From Diplonema japonicum (Eukaryota; Protista; Euglenozoa: Diplonemea): 64,000 bases of DNA. Shown here piece after piece: positions 10,078-21,482 of the stretch. The number at the start of each line of letters is the position of its first letter. The first letter of the stretch is position 1. Location: contig OZ025669.1 of assembly GCA_964019335.1 (NCBI GenBank), forward strand, positions 310,001-374,000. Direction: 5' to 3'. Both the position numbers and the translations under genes were made by a program. Below the pieces are notes generated by a model, which saw only the letters and a list, made by a program, of their open reading frames with translations, made no database searches and had not been told where the DNA came from.

Positions 10078-11805
10078 TTAGTCAAACATGTCGAATACTT
10101 CAGGGGAGTTGTTGTCAGAAGTAGGGCGGCACTGTGGGCAGCCCATGCACGTGGGACATGGCCACCCTGGCTTGCAGTCTGGGCACAATGGGCACTTGCA
10201 CTGCCTTGCGTTGTCGCAGAATGTTGTGCATTTTCGGCAAGGGTGGGGACCGAGACAAACATAGCACCAATGGGACTCGCAGCACCCTTCTCCAGCAAAG
10301 CCGATGTGGTGACAACCGTGTTTGTAATAGTGCAGAACCGGCTTGGTGCAAAAGGGACATTTCTTCCCAACAAAGTCGCCCTTGCGTTCCTTTCCGGGCT
10401 GGAGGGGCGTGGAGCTCCCACGGCGGAACTGCCACAGATCAGCCTCGTCATCCAATCCCTCCAACATCCTCCGCGTCGCAGGGTAATGCAGCACAAGGTA
10501 CACCTGCGCACCGGGGTACAAACTCACCAACACATCAGACGGATCAAGCACCTTCCCACACCATATCGCCACCATATGCTTTAAGGGAACCTCGTATACC
10601 TCTGAACCCCATGGGTCGTCGGAGTTGTACATATAATAAGTCTGTTGGAAGGCCTTCACACTGCACAACATAAGTAGTGTCGCTGCAGTGTCCTGCTTAC
10701 TGATCTCAATGTCGATGTCCCCCCCGTGGTACTTCACACGGATGGGGATTGCTGGCCCACCGCTGAACCCTTTGGGAGTAAGATCGCGAAGCGCGTTGAC
10801 AGGCAAATGGGGCTCGGAGTGCGATTTCAAAGCCTTACACATACACTCATTCGTCGCTGTTAGGCATACTGCACAGAACCATCTGTAGCAGTAAGGACAG
10901 TGTTGGAAATTATGGCGGGATCCTGGGATGAAGGGAAAATTGGTACAGGCCGACAACGGGCATGTAATGGCCTTCACCTTGTCAAGGCCCTTTTCGAAGG
11001 AGAAACGCGCGTACTGGTTGAACGTTCGTGGGGGCGCCATTTTCATCAATGCGATGTCAGAAACAAAGGCGGTGGGGTGCGTGGGGCAGGCTATCGTCCA
11101 ATGATCGGTCTTAGGGTCGAGCTTCAGCTTCTTCGCGCCCACATCTACAGTGGCTAACCGTTGGAAGCATTCCATACAAGCTACTTCCCCGCATGCAAGC
11201 TCAACCATCACTGCTTCTTCGCAGAAACACAGCGCGCATGGTTCTTCATCTCGATTTGGCTTCGCGGTGACCAATGGCACCACATTGTAAGAACCGCAAG
11301 TCAAGCATGTTGCATAATCGGGTCCGGAGGGTTGCGGTTGTTTTGACCTATCTGCCTTGAGGTCTTTAACATTGCATTTTGGACATGCAACGAAATGGGA
11401 ACTTAAGTGGGCGGGTTCCATTGACATTAAAGAACTCTCAGCTTCCATTATCAAAGCGTGGCCTGCTGGTTCGCCCTGCACGAAGTGGGCCAAGACGTCC
11501 TCGCTCACGCCTATTAATACTGTTTTTGGAATGGTTGCGGAGTGCAGCGACACCTTTGGAACCTCATCAGGGTACCCCACTGGTAGCCCGAGGACAATTG
11601 TCACCTTCGCCCTGTGTTTTTCCAGCTCCAGGTCCATCAGTCTGATCTCTATCATGCCTTCCTGGTCCATCCTTACCTGTAGACCTTCAAAGACGTAAGA
11701 GAGCGCCTCAATCTCTTCTTGCTGCTCTGCTTGCAATCCTAACTGCTTGCAGTGGTCCTCTGTGTACGCCTCCCACTTCTGAGCCTGCACCGTCAGGCCG
11801 GCCAT
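10078..11805 (-). CDS. RWD-domain RBR (RING-IBR-RING) E3 ubiquitin ligase with internal ubiquitin-like segment
   Basis: RWD (QQEEIEALSYVF...LPVGYPDEVP), RING1 (CALC...CGEVACMEC...CPTH), IBR (CPLSAC...CPYCYRWFCAVC), RING2 (KKCPFC...GCHHI...HWCYVC), Cys-rich tail. Confidence 0.82.
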   Translation of the reverse strand: MAGLTVQAQKWEAYTEDHCKQLGLQAEQQEEIEALSYVFEGLQVRMDQEGMIEIRLMDLELEKHRAKVTIVLGLPVGYPDEVPKVSLHSATIPKTVLIGVSEDVLAHFVQGEPAGHALIMEAESSLMSMEPAHLSSHFVACPKCNVKDLKADRSKQPQPSGPDYATCLTCGSYNVVPLVTAKPNRDEEPCALCFCEEAVMVELACGEVACMECFQRLATVDVGAKKLKLDPKTDHWTIACPTHPTAFVSDIALMKMAPPRTFNQYARFSFEKGLDKVKAITCPLSACTNFPFIPGSRHNFQHCPYCYRWFCAVCLTATNECMCKALKSHSEPHLPVNALRDLTPKGFSGGPAIPIRVKYHGGDIDIEISKQDTAATLLMLCSVKAFQQTYYMYNSDDPWGSEVYEVPLKHMVAIWCGKVLDPSDVLVSLYPGAQVYLVLHYPATRRMLEGLDDEADLWQFRRGSSTPLQPGKERKGDFVGKKCPFCTKPVLHYYKHGCHHIGFAGEGCCESHWCYVCLGPHPCRKCTTFCDNARQCKCPLCPDCKPGWPCPTCMGCPQCRPTSDNNSPEVFDMFD

Positions 11806-12533
11806 TTTTTTTCTCTTTTTTTTTTTTAACCCCCCTTCTCACCTTTTTTTTAGTGTCAGTGGGGATGGGGAAAAAAAAGGAAAAAAAAAAGAGAAAGCGG
11901 GGTGGGGGGGTAAGGGGGGAATCAAACATAATCGTGGAAGGGGGTAACGGGATTGCGTTCGGGGTTAAATAATAATAAAAAAAAGAGAACCTTTTTCCCT
12001 CCCTTATTATTATTATTTTTTTCTTTTTTTTTTTTACGTCAGTAGCTTTTTCTTCTTCTTTTTTTATTTGAATTCTCGCTGGGGTGACTGGCTCTTAAGA
12101 TCTTCTCTGAGATAAGAAAGCACAAAAAGGGAGTCGGGGGGGCTACGAGAGGACGTTGTTTCGATAAATCTTTAAAAAAAAGAAACTGATTCGTTTAAGA
12201 AGGGGAGGGAGGGAAAGCACACTTAAAAGAAAAAAGGGAAAAGCTTGTTTCGAAAAATCTCGCGAATGAAGTAATTCCCACTCCGCATCCTCTTTTTGTC
12301 GCTCTGCACTTCTGCAGCCGTTTCCTTCCTCTCTCTCTCTCCCTCTCTTTGTATAGTTATTCGGAGTTGGGGTACCCAAGGGAAAGGTAGTGGGGGGGGG
12401 GGGGGGGGGGGGCAACAATGATCTCCACCAGCAAAGGCGGGGCAGTTTGCTTATAAAGATGAAAAAATGGGGGGAAACGTGTGCAGTACGTACAATACAA
12501 CTACAAGCCGCACTAGCGCCACCTTTAGGTGTC

Positions 12534-14719
12534 CTAGTTCCTTTGCGCCCTGCCCCTGAGGTACTCCGCCAGGAACGCTTTCGGGTTTTCCGGTGTCTCT
12601 AGCATCACTTGTTTGCACATGTCGTTGAAGAGCTTTGCTAGGTCCTTCCTGTCCTTGTACACCCCGTCCTCTGTCGAGTACTCCCTTCTCTCCTTTGCCT
12701 TCTCTTTCATCTCCATCTTCAGCTCTTCCTTGGGGACAGGCGGCGGCGGAAGAACATCTTTTGTCAGTGTTGCAGCAACCTTTGGCGCTTCTGGTACTTT
12801 CTGCACCGCCTTCGGCGCGGGAGGCATAGGAGCTTCAGTCTTCGGTGCCGCAGGTTCAGGCACCTTGGGTGCCGCGGGGGCTTCAGATGTTTTGGGTGCT
12901 GGTGGGGATTTTGGAGCTGCATTGGGAGCTGGGGGCGCTGGTGCTCCAGGTGCTTTAGTTGGTGCTGGAGGTGCAGGGGTTGAGGGAGGTGCTGCAGGTG
13001 CCTTCGAAGCAGGAGCAGGCGGTGCTGGTGTAGGAGCAGCGGGTGGTGCCGCAGGTACTTTCGATGCGGGAGGCGCTGGGGGAGCTCCAGGTGCAGGAGG
13101 TGCAGCAGATTCTTTTAATGGTGCACCAGGTGCAGGCGGTGCCCCAGGTGCCTTCGATGCAGGAGGAGCAGGAGGGGACCCAAGTACAGGGGGAGCAGCA
13201 GGTGCCTTCGATGCTGCAGGAGGTGCTGGGGGAGCCCCAGGAGAAGGTGGTGCCGCAGGTGCCTTCGACGCAGGAGGCGCTGGGGGAGCCCCAGGAGAAG
13301 GTGGTGCTGCAGGTGGTGCCCCAGGTGCCTTCGACGCGGGTGGTGCTGGGGGAGCCCCAGGTGCAGGTGGTGCTGCAGGTGGTGCCCCAGGTGCCTTCGA
13401 CGCAGGAGGTGCTGGGGGAGCCCCAGGAGAAGGTGGTGCTGCAGGTGGTGCCCCAGGTGCCTTCGACGCGGGTGGTGCTGGGGGAGCTCCAGGTGCCGGT
13501 GGTGCCGCAGGTGCCTTCGACGCAGGAGGTGCCGGTGGAGCCCCAGGAGGTGCTGGGGGAGCCCCAGGAGAAGGTGGTGCCGCAGGTGCCTTCGACGCAG
13601 GAGGTGCCGGTGGAGTCCCAGGTGCAGGTGGTGCTGCAGGTGCAGGTGGAGCCCCAGGTGCCTTCGACGCAGGAGGTGCTGGGGGAGCCCCAGGAGAAGG
13701 TGGTGCTGCAGGTGGTGCCCCAGGTGCCTTCGACGCAGGTGGTGCCGGGGGAGCCCCAGGTGCAGGTGGTGCCCCAGGTGCCTTCGACGCAGGAGGTGCT
13801 GGGGGAGCCCCAGGAGAAGGTGGTGCCGGGGGAGCCCCAAGTGCAGGTGGTGCTGCCTTCGATGCAGGAGGTGCTGGAGGAGCCCCAGGTGCCGGTGCAG
13901 GTGGTGCTGCAGGTGCCTTCGACGCAGGAGGTGGGGGAGCCCCAGGTGCCGGTGGTGCCCCAGGTGCAGGTGGTGCTGCAGGTGGAGCCCCAGGTGCCTT
14001 CGACGCAGGTGGTGCCGGGGGAGCCCCAGGTGCGGGAGGTGCCGCAGGTGCCTTAGACGCAGGAGGTGCAGGAGGAGCCCCAGGTGCCGGGGCAGGTGGT
14101 GCCGCAGGTGCCTTCGATACAGGAGCTGCTGGGGGTGCCCCAGGTGCAGGAGGCGCCGGCGGTGCCCCAGGTGCCTTCGATGCAGGTGGTGCTGCAGGTG
14201 CCTTCGACGCAGGTGGCGCCGGTGGAGCCCCAGGTGCAGGTGGTGCCGCAGGTGCCTTCGATGCAGGAGGTGCTGGAGGTGCCCCAGGTGCAGGAGGTGC
14301 TGGGGGTGCCCCAGGTGCAGTCGGCGGTGCAGGTGGTGCACCGTTTCCGTTTATGCCCCCATTGACTGGCTCGGGTACCTTCTCCTTCTTTGCCTGTAGG
14401 GGTTTTAATATCTTTTGACACATACCTTCTGTACGACAGCTCCCTTCTTCTTGGCGTAGATGTAGTCCTCAGAGTTGATGCCTTGGCTGCTCCAGTTTTT
14501 CGTAGCATCAAGAGGCTTATCGCCGAGCACCAGAGTCTTCTGGTCTTTTGCTTTCTTGACTTCCTTCTGGTTGGGGATAGAATACAAGTCGAGTTTCTTC
14601 ATGCCAACCTTTTCCTCCACGCTCTTCGTGGACTTTGAGAGCTTGTCGTTGAGCTGCACAGAGACAAGCAGTTTGGCAGCATGGTGGTGATCGTCAGAAA
14701 GCAGCTTCACGATTGGCAT
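12534..14719 (-). CDS. Pro/Ala-repeat protein with N-terminal globular (ubiquitin-like?) domain and C-terminal RIIa/Dpy-30-like docking domain
   Basis: A 32-nt intron at 14394..14425 (GTATGT...CTACAG) joins ORF 14405..14719 to ORF 12534..14423 in frame (VVQK|AKKEK). C-terminal LAKLFNDMCKQVMLETPENPKAFLAEYL resembles a D/D domain. Confidence 0.8.
12860..14340 (-). repeat. Coding minisatellite of APGAPPAPPASKAP-type units
   Basis: Many recurrences of ggtgccttcgacgcaggaggtgctgggggagccccagg on the plus strand. Confidence 0.95.
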
Positions 14720-14928
14720 TTCACTTTTCTTTTTTCTTTTTTTATTTGCTTTTTCCCTGTAGATCCCAGCCGCTTTGGCTAATACCTGGATTTCTGTGCT
14801 TTTTTCTTTTTTACCTTCATTTACTACAAGACAACAGCAAAAAAAAAGTCACAACAAAAAAAAAAAAAAAAAAAGAGATTACAAGAAAAAAGTGGGGAAA
14901 CATACAAACGGGGGGAGGGGAGGGGGGC

Positions 14929-16410
14929 TTAACGGTAGGACAGGAGGGGAACGTCTCTAGCAAAGGCAGCAACAGCGGACGTGATGGAGGCGAGGAAGTC
15001 GGTGGTGATGAAGGCAACATGAGGGTGGTGGTCGGCTACAAGTTTTTGGAACTCATCACACCGAGTGGTGATTTCAAGCCGAAGGTGCTCCGAGCGGGAC
15101 TGAAAAGTGCATGTGAGCTCGGACGTGACCTGAGGAGCCACATGTGCAACTGCAGTCTTCAGGCTTAGAATCTCCTCTTCAGCAGCTGTGAGCTGGGCTG
15201 CCAGGTCTTCCGCACACCCCAATGCAACCTTCAACGATTTCACAAACTTTTCCCTCCCCACGTAACCAGAGTGTTTCGCCTTGTTCGCCTCCATCACTTG
15301 TCTTTTCAAGTCCTTCAGGTTGACCATAGCGCTGATTTCACTTAATCTTCTGTTCCGGATCCCTGCCTTGGCCCGTAAACTTTCAATCTCAAGTTCATGC
15401 TTCCTTTCCATCTGCCTAACCGACTCGGCATGCTGGCATCTCCATATTTTACTGCATTGTACGAGGTACTCGTAGAACATGTCAACACTTGCTTTGGGGA
15501 AGCAGGTTTTTTTAAACTCGCAGGTGAAGTCGAAGATTTTTTGAGGGATCCAGTAGTCAGCCTCATGTTTCCTTATGATGGGGCGGTCGGCGCGGACGGC
15601 TCTGGCGTCGGGTGCTATTGTGAGGGTTCTTCCCCCCATCGGGCCTTTGTTTTCGATACAAGGGATGTAGAGGCTTTTTTCTTTGATCTCGTATGTGTTG
15701 TGTAGAACCTGCAGCCTGTCTATGCTTTGAGTCGACGTGGCAAGCTTTTGCTCGAGAGACCTCACTTCGTGTAATAAGTCTTGAATCTTACGGTCCTTCC
15801 CAGTGTCGTATCGCTTCGTATCGTCATGTTGTGTAATTGTGCGTCTTAGTTCCTCCATCTCATGCTCAGCCTCTTGAAGTTTCAAGTCTTTCTCTGCAAC
15901 CTTATCTATCAACCTGTTCTTCTCTGTTTCGTTTCCTTCTATCGAGGACCGGTACCTGTTCTGGACGTCTTCTAACGAGCTTACTCGTACCTCGTTCAGT
16001 TTCCGAAGGCTCTTCAGTTCTGTTTCTCCCGACGCGAGCTCTTCCCTCAGCTGGGCAATGACTTGTTTCTGTGCTCTGTTTTTCTTCTGATACTTCTTGA
16101 TTGCCTCGTTCGCCAGCTGTAGCCTGCAATGCAGTTCTTTCGCTGCATGCTCCAGTCTGATAGCGTCCTCTTCCAACGCGCAGAAATACTGGCTTTGCTG
16201 GTACTCGCCTACCTCGAGCTCATCTTGCTTAACCTGTGGTTTTGAGGTGGTGCAAAAAAGAAGAAGAAGAAAAATACATACTTGCATGTCATGCCGCCAG
16301 GCTTCCCAACCGTTCTTCAGCCTCTCCATTTGTTCCTCGTGGTTTTGTTTCGTGCTGAGGTCGATCTCCTCCAGCAAGGTGTCGCCCTCATCGAGTATCG
16401 ATGACTCCAT
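14929..16410 (-). CDS. Coiled-coil protein of unknown function (one in-frame intron)
   Basis: 493-aa ORF containing an in-frame 48-nt intron 16234..16281 (GTATGT...CCACAG) that otherwise reads VCIFLLLLFCTTSKPQ. Confidence 0.75.
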   Translation of the reverse strand: MESSILDEGDTLLEEIDLSTKQNHEEQMERLKNGWEAWRHDMQVCIFLLLLFCTTSKPQVKQDELEVGEYQQSQYFCALEEDAIRLEHAAKELHCRLQLANEAIKKYQKKNRAQKQVIAQLREELASGETELKSLRKLNEVRVSSLEDVQNRYRSSIEGNETEKNRLIDKVAEKDLKLQEAEHEMEELRRTITQHDDTKRYDTGKDRKIQDLLHEVRSLEQKLATSTQSIDRLQVLHNTYEIKEKSLYIPCIENKGPMGGRTLTIAPDARAVRADRPIIRKHEADYWIPQKIFDFTCEFKKTCFPKASVDMFYEYLVQCSKIWRCQHAESVRQMERKHELEIESLRAKAGIRNRRLSEISAMVNLKDLKRQVMEANKAKHSGYVGREKFVKSLKVALGCAEDLAAQLTAAEEEILSLKTAVAHVAPQVTSELTCTFQSRSEHLRLEITTRCDEFQKLVADHHPHVAFITTDFLASITSAVAAFARDVPLLSYR

Positions 16411-16505
16411 TTTCTTTTTTTTCCCCCTTTTGTTTCTTTTTAAATGGGGGGCGGCCTGGAAACAAGGAAAAGTTGGGGTGGGATCTACAAAAAAAAAAAA
16501 AAAAA

Positions 16506-17807
16506 CTACTGCGTGATTTTGGGAGTTTTAGACATCATTTCCCGCGATCGTGTGGCCATATTTTCGGCAAGCTGCCTCGTCTCTTTATCGATCATGGCGG
16601 GGGGGAAAGCCTCCATGGCTGTCTTGAAACACGTCAGCCCGGCCATGAAGGCTGCAGGTGAGTTGCATTTCAAACACCAACGGAGTAACTTCTTAACAAC
16701 AACAGCGGCATATCGAGGGTTGATATGCGGAGTGACCTGGATCAGCGAAGCTAGGTCAGGTGCTGACGTGCAAGATACCAGCAGTGCTACAGACCCATGC
16801 TTAGATGCCTTGGGAACAAGTTCGGCAGGGGACGCAGCAACGATTTTGACAAATCCGGGCAGGCTGCAAAGCTTGTCGAAACCACCGAGCTTATGTTTAT
16901 ATTTCTCGTAAAAAACCTCCCCGTAGTCGGATTGCAGCATTCTCCCCAGAACATCTCTGAGAACGGGTTCCTCAGAAGGCAGGGTCGCGTCGTTATTCTC
17001 GATGATGAGGCAGAGTTTTGATATTAATGCAACGTCAGCGTTCTTGTTCAAACACAGTTCAGATAGAAAGGCGTGCCCGCAAGGAGCGAGGAAACGTTTC
17101 GACGAAGCGATGGATGTTTCGAATAAAAGAAACGCCGATTCAAATATCCCCAGCCTGCAGTACGCGACCAGTCGCAGAGACGTAGTGTGTGGGTGTTCGC
17201 CATCCAACGGCTCGATTTCATTTGTGAAAAATTGAAGTGACGCTTTGTAATGCTGTCGTGACACAAAGCACTGCATCAACGAAGTTCTTGACATCGGTCC
17301 GAAGGCGTGGCTCGAAGATTTCGTGTACTCTCTCAAATCCAAAGCGTGTTGCAGGTCCGTTTCAGCGTTGGCCACATCACCTGTTGCAATACTCCTTTTG
17401 ATGCGTTTTGCTATCGTTGACAGAACAAAACCCACCTGTTTGTCTCGAAACACGATTCCTTCACCAAAACTCCCTCTTTCAGATAAGTCCTTGAACACTC
17501 GAGCTGGATGCGGGAAATGTTCCCAATCCATCGCAGGACCCAAGTCACCACCTCTGACAAACGTATCAACAAAGTGGTTATATTGCTCCTTTTCGAAATA
17601 CTCTGAAATTGGGGGTTGGAGTCGCTGGCGTATTCTCCACCGGCTGTCGGACTTTCTCCTCATTTCGCCTTCCTGGAATCCGACGCCTTCTTCTTCATAA
17701 GCCCTGTCGCGTGCTTGCTCGGCTTTGTTCATTTCGACTTCAGATGCGAAGGCGCCCTTGACGATCCTCCTCACTGAGCGACAGGCGGTGGAGTTTGTTA
17801 ACAACAT
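16506..17807 (-). CDS. Helical protein with possible mitochondrial transit peptide
   Basis: 433-aa ORF; N-terminus MLLTNSTACRSVRRIVKGAFAS is Arg/Ser-rich and acid-free; remainder looks helical-repeat-like, family not identified. Confidence 0.7.
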   Translation of the reverse strand: MLLTNSTACRSVRRIVKGAFASEVEMNKAEQARDRAYEEEGVGFQEGEMRRKSDSRWRIRQRLQPPISEYFEKEQYNHFVDTFVRGGDLGPAMDWEHFPHPARVFKDLSERGSFGEGIVFRDKQVGFVLSTIAKRIKRSIATGDVANAETDLQHALDLREYTKSSSHAFGPMSRTSLMQCFVSRQHYKASLQFFTNEIEPLDGEHPHTTSLRLVAYCRLGIFESAFLLFETSIASSKRFLAPCGHAFLSELCLNKNADVALISKLCLIIENNDATLPSEEPVLRDVLGRMLQSDYGEVFYEKYKHKLGGFDKLCSLPGFVKIVAASPAELVPKASKHGSVALLVSCTSAPDLASLIQVTPHINPRYAAVVVKKLLRWCLKCNSPAAFMAGLTCFKTAMEAFPPAMIDKETRQLAENMATRSREMMSKTPKITQ

Positions 17808-17891
17808 TTTAAAAAATTCCCCACCTTTGATTATTTTGGTGACGGGGGGGGGGGGGGCAAAAAGAACTACACACGATCTTTTTTTTTTTAA

Positions 17892-19201
17892 CCATCTACC
17901 AACGATCTATATATAGACGATTTGAAAAAAAAATCTTTTACGCAAAGGGCTTTCAATGCAATACGGCCCGGCCCTTTCTTGCCGGCGGGGTCCTGCGCGG
18001 AAAATTTGAAAAAATATAAACTAAATGCTGCCCTAACTTAACAAGAAAATGAAAAAATTAAAAAAAGAAAAATTAAAAAAAAAACGCCAGCCCAAATTTA
18101 CCCTTAAAAACCACTTCAAAAAATGGCGCTCAGAAAGAGGCCGGAAGAGGACATGATGAGTGATGAAAGCACTGATGGCTCATCCCTAGTATGCAGTTTT
18201 GATACGGACAGTGATTCTGATACGAATTCGACCGATTCCGAGTCACAGCAGGGTGATAGGACGACAAAGCCGGAGCGGTTGGAAGGCATCCGGTTTCGTG
18301 AGGATCGGAATCCTTGTGGACCCCGTTTTTCCATCAAAGGCTCAACGCCATACCATATATTCTCCAAAATGCTCGTCTCAAACGTTATTCGGGTCATAGC
18401 TTCGAACAGTGTGGCAAATGCGGCTAGAAAAGGTGTGACAAAACGCCATAAACGCACCCTTATGACTTCGAAGTGGCCCCTGAAAGTATTTTCGTACTTG
18501 TTAGATAAATCTCTGGCAAATGCCTGGCTTGTTTGGAAAGAAGCACTGCCCCCCAACACCCTGAGTGTGTGAACGACAGTGGATTCACGCCTTTCAAAGA
18601 GGCAGTCATCGAAGGGCTACTAGGGAGGCAGTCTAAACAACAGCTAAAGTCAACTACACCCCAATACCATGCCCCGAAACACAGAACGAGTGCCCTGAGA
18701 CCCCAATGCGCCGCGACAGTACCTTCTGGGACCATTTCCCCGAAAAAGTAGCGCAACGTGCGTGCAAGCATTGCAAGTCGAAAAGACCCCAGTTTCAGTG
18801 TTCAGCCTGCTTGGTTCAACTTTGCGTGACTCCGTGCTTCAAGGACTACCACCTTGCCGGGAATACCCCCCAGAAACCCCTCTCGGGATCAAAAAAGAAG
18901 TCCCCCAACCCTGGGGCACTTACGAACCGCGTCAAGAAGGCCTTAAATAGCTCATAGTATTAATTTTACAGTCGATTTTTTTTGACTTGTTTTTCGTACC
19001 CCCTCTCGAGCACTTCAGGAACGATATTTTTGACAATGTTGTGGGGGTGGGCCCTGCTGTGGGCACTCTCTCTCTAGAATTGGGACATCTGGAGGCATTC
19101 CCAGGGGCATATAGCCTTGCCCGGCGTTGCGCTAGAATAGTTTTTTTTGAGGTTTTAAAAAATTACCCCCTGGTGGGCAAAAATGGTCCGTTGGTAGATG
19201 G
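17892..19201 (+). mobile_element. Internally deleted piggyBac element (1310 bp)
   Basis: Perfect 13-bp TIRs CCATCTACCAACG / CGTTGGTAGATGG flanked by TTAA (17888, 19202). ORF pieces: acidic N-terminus, KWPLKVFSYLLDKSLANAW, and Cys-rich CKHC...CSAC...LC..PCFKDYH. The DDD core is missing. Confidence 0.92.
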
Positions 19202-19328
19202 TTAAATTCCCCTCTTTCGTATTGTCGGCGTAATGAAAAAAAAAAAAAAAAGAAAATGAAAACACTTTCCCCCTTCCTTCGTCAATCACTGTCTGATATC
19301 TCCACCGGGGATGAGACTGAATCGCAGT

Positions 19329-20450
19329 CTACATCGATAGACTGTAGTTGGTTTTTTTTTCTTTTTTTTTTTTCTTGCTTACCTGGACGGCCGCGGTACC
19401 CGTTTGTTTTCTTTTGTCGGCTTGTTCCTTCAACTGCTGCATGAGTCTTGTCTCCCTTTCCCTTGTTGCGCTCTTTCGTTCATTTCGCTTCGCCTCTCGT
19501 TCTCGTTCGGGAACCGTCATGTAGGCGGTGTCCTGGCCCTCCCTCCGTTTTTTCTCCTGTAAACGCTTGTGCCGCAACTCGCGCTCTCTGATGTTTTTCT
19601 GCCTTATTTCAACCTCCGTCATTGGGAGGACAAAGGACTGGACCTGACTGACTACGGGTGCCTGGGCTTGTACCCCTTGCTCCTTTGCTTTTTCCGACCG
19701 CTTTCGCTTTTTCTCATTCGCCTCGATTTCTTTGATAAACGAGGGTTTGTCTGCCTGTTTCATCTCTGCAGGCCGGTCCCACACAGTCTCCTTTGTTGAC
19801 ACATTGTAGTAATATGCTTCATTCTCCGCGGTCTTGTACTCTACCCAGTCCGAGCCGCCGAAGACCTTGGGGACATCCCATTGTACCTGTGATTAATAAG
19901 AACGGGGGAAAAAAAGAAAAACCCTGCATACCGCTCTGGTCACCATGTTCTGGTAGTACATCTTGCCTTGCTCGTTCACGAATTCTGTCCAGTCTCCTAT
20001 TTGTCGGAACCGTTGTTTCTTTGGTTTCGTTGGTTTTTCTTCCTCTTCTGGTTCCTTCTCCTCCACGAGTCCCTCTGGGAGCGGGGTCCCCGGGGGGAGC
20101 ATGGCAACGAAACCGCAGAGCAAAGTCTCAAGCGGAGGGAAGCCTTTCGGTGGGTCGCCTTTCGGCCGTTTAGGCAACAGCCCTGGGTGTTGGAGTAGCT
20201 CGAGACCTGTCATCATGGACGGGTTCGTGTTTGCAGAAGGCATCGGTAAAGGAGGGGCTGAGGTGGCTATGGGTGCAGGCTGCGGTGGTGCAGCCACCGG
20301 AAGCGGCGCTACCGGAGCTGGAATCGGAAGAGGAGGTGGCACTGTCACGGGCTGCGGAGCTAGCGGTGCTGGTGGCGCCTCTACCTCCTGCCGCAGGAAT
20401 TCATCCAAATCGTCTGACGAGTCATCGCTGTCATCGTCATGGAAATTCAT
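19329..20450 (-). CDS. Tandem WW-domain, Pro-rich protein (PRP40/TCERG1-like WW pair)
   Basis: A 45-nt intron at 19887..19931 (GTATGC...TCACAG) gives WTEFVNEQGKMYYQNMVTRA|VQWDVP and WVEYKTAENEAYYYNVSTKETVWDRP. Confidence 0.85.
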
Positions 20451-21387
20451 GTTTTATTTATTTTTTTGTTACCTGTTGGGGTGTGCGAAATGCATGAAAA
20501 ACACCGTCTGCGGAAAAAAATAGAAAAATAAAAGAGGATAAAAAAACCTGTTGGAGAAAGAGAAATGTGGTAACACTTCCATCGCGAAGAACCCCCCTTT
20601 TATATGAGTTAAAAGGAAGTCTTTGTGAGACGCCCCCTTGTTCTCAAAGAAAGAAAAACCTCAAAACACGCATTTTGTAGCAAGATTTGAGGAACTTCTT
20701 GGAATTGTTTATCCTGGGGGAATGTACAGCTGCTTGTTTGTTTGTTTGTATGTTTATTCATGAGGAGAGAGCTTTTTTTTTTTCTTCTTTCTCTTTTTTT
20801 TTTTTTTCCTTCTTTTTTTTCTTTTTTTTTTTTTTAAAATTCAAACGCAATATGGTTAAAAAAATGATAAAAATAAACTCTTTGTGCCGAAAAAAAGGAC
20901 TTACTTCTGCAGGTTCTTGCGAAAAAAAAAAAAATAATAATAAATAGAAAAAAAAAAAAAAATAGACAGACAATAGTGGAGACGCCGAAGATACGGCAAA
21001 CTAAAAAAAAGGAGTCGGTTGATTGTTTTGTGCAAAGCCGTTTTCACCTACAGTAAGGATAAACGGGCAAGCTGCCTCTACTCTTTTTTTTTTTTTTTTT
21101 TGCAATAACAATTCTTTTTTTACTTGTTCCAGCAAAAAAAAAAAAAAAAAAGTTTTACCATACCATAATACCGGGGTTGTACGTATTATTTACCATAAAA
21201 AGTCCCAAATTGGAATAAAGAGATGGACTAACACCATCATCAACATCCAGGGAATCTTACGTAAAGCTTAAGGGTAAAAGCTTGCTCGATACACGATTTT
21301 CTATGAAATCGTAAAAAAAAAGACTCAAATTAATTCTTGGTGCCGCGTAAGAGCTGCTCAGTTCGGACTCATCCTGCAACCCCGTTA

Positions 21388-21482
21388 GGGTACAATTAAG
21401 ATACCCCGCGTTCACACCCATTTAAAGTTTGAGAATAGGTCGAGGAAACCATATCCCCAATGCCTCCAATCATTCGCTTTAC
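21388..21482 (-). pseudogene. Isolated LSU (28S-type) rRNA fragment, GTPase-associated centre
   Basis: Minus strand reads GTAAAGCGAATGATTGGAGGCATTGGGG...CCTCGACCTATTCTCAAACTTTAAATGGGTG...CTTAATTG, matching the conserved eukaryotic LSU helix 43/44 region. I recognise no rRNA in the flanks. Confidence 0.8.

Noticed and set aside
12613-14418. 601-aa plus-strand Gly/Ala ORF and other overlapping frames
   Set aside because: Antisense or alternate-frame shadows of the Pro/Ala repeat; the minus frame has real terminal domains and a splice-linked start
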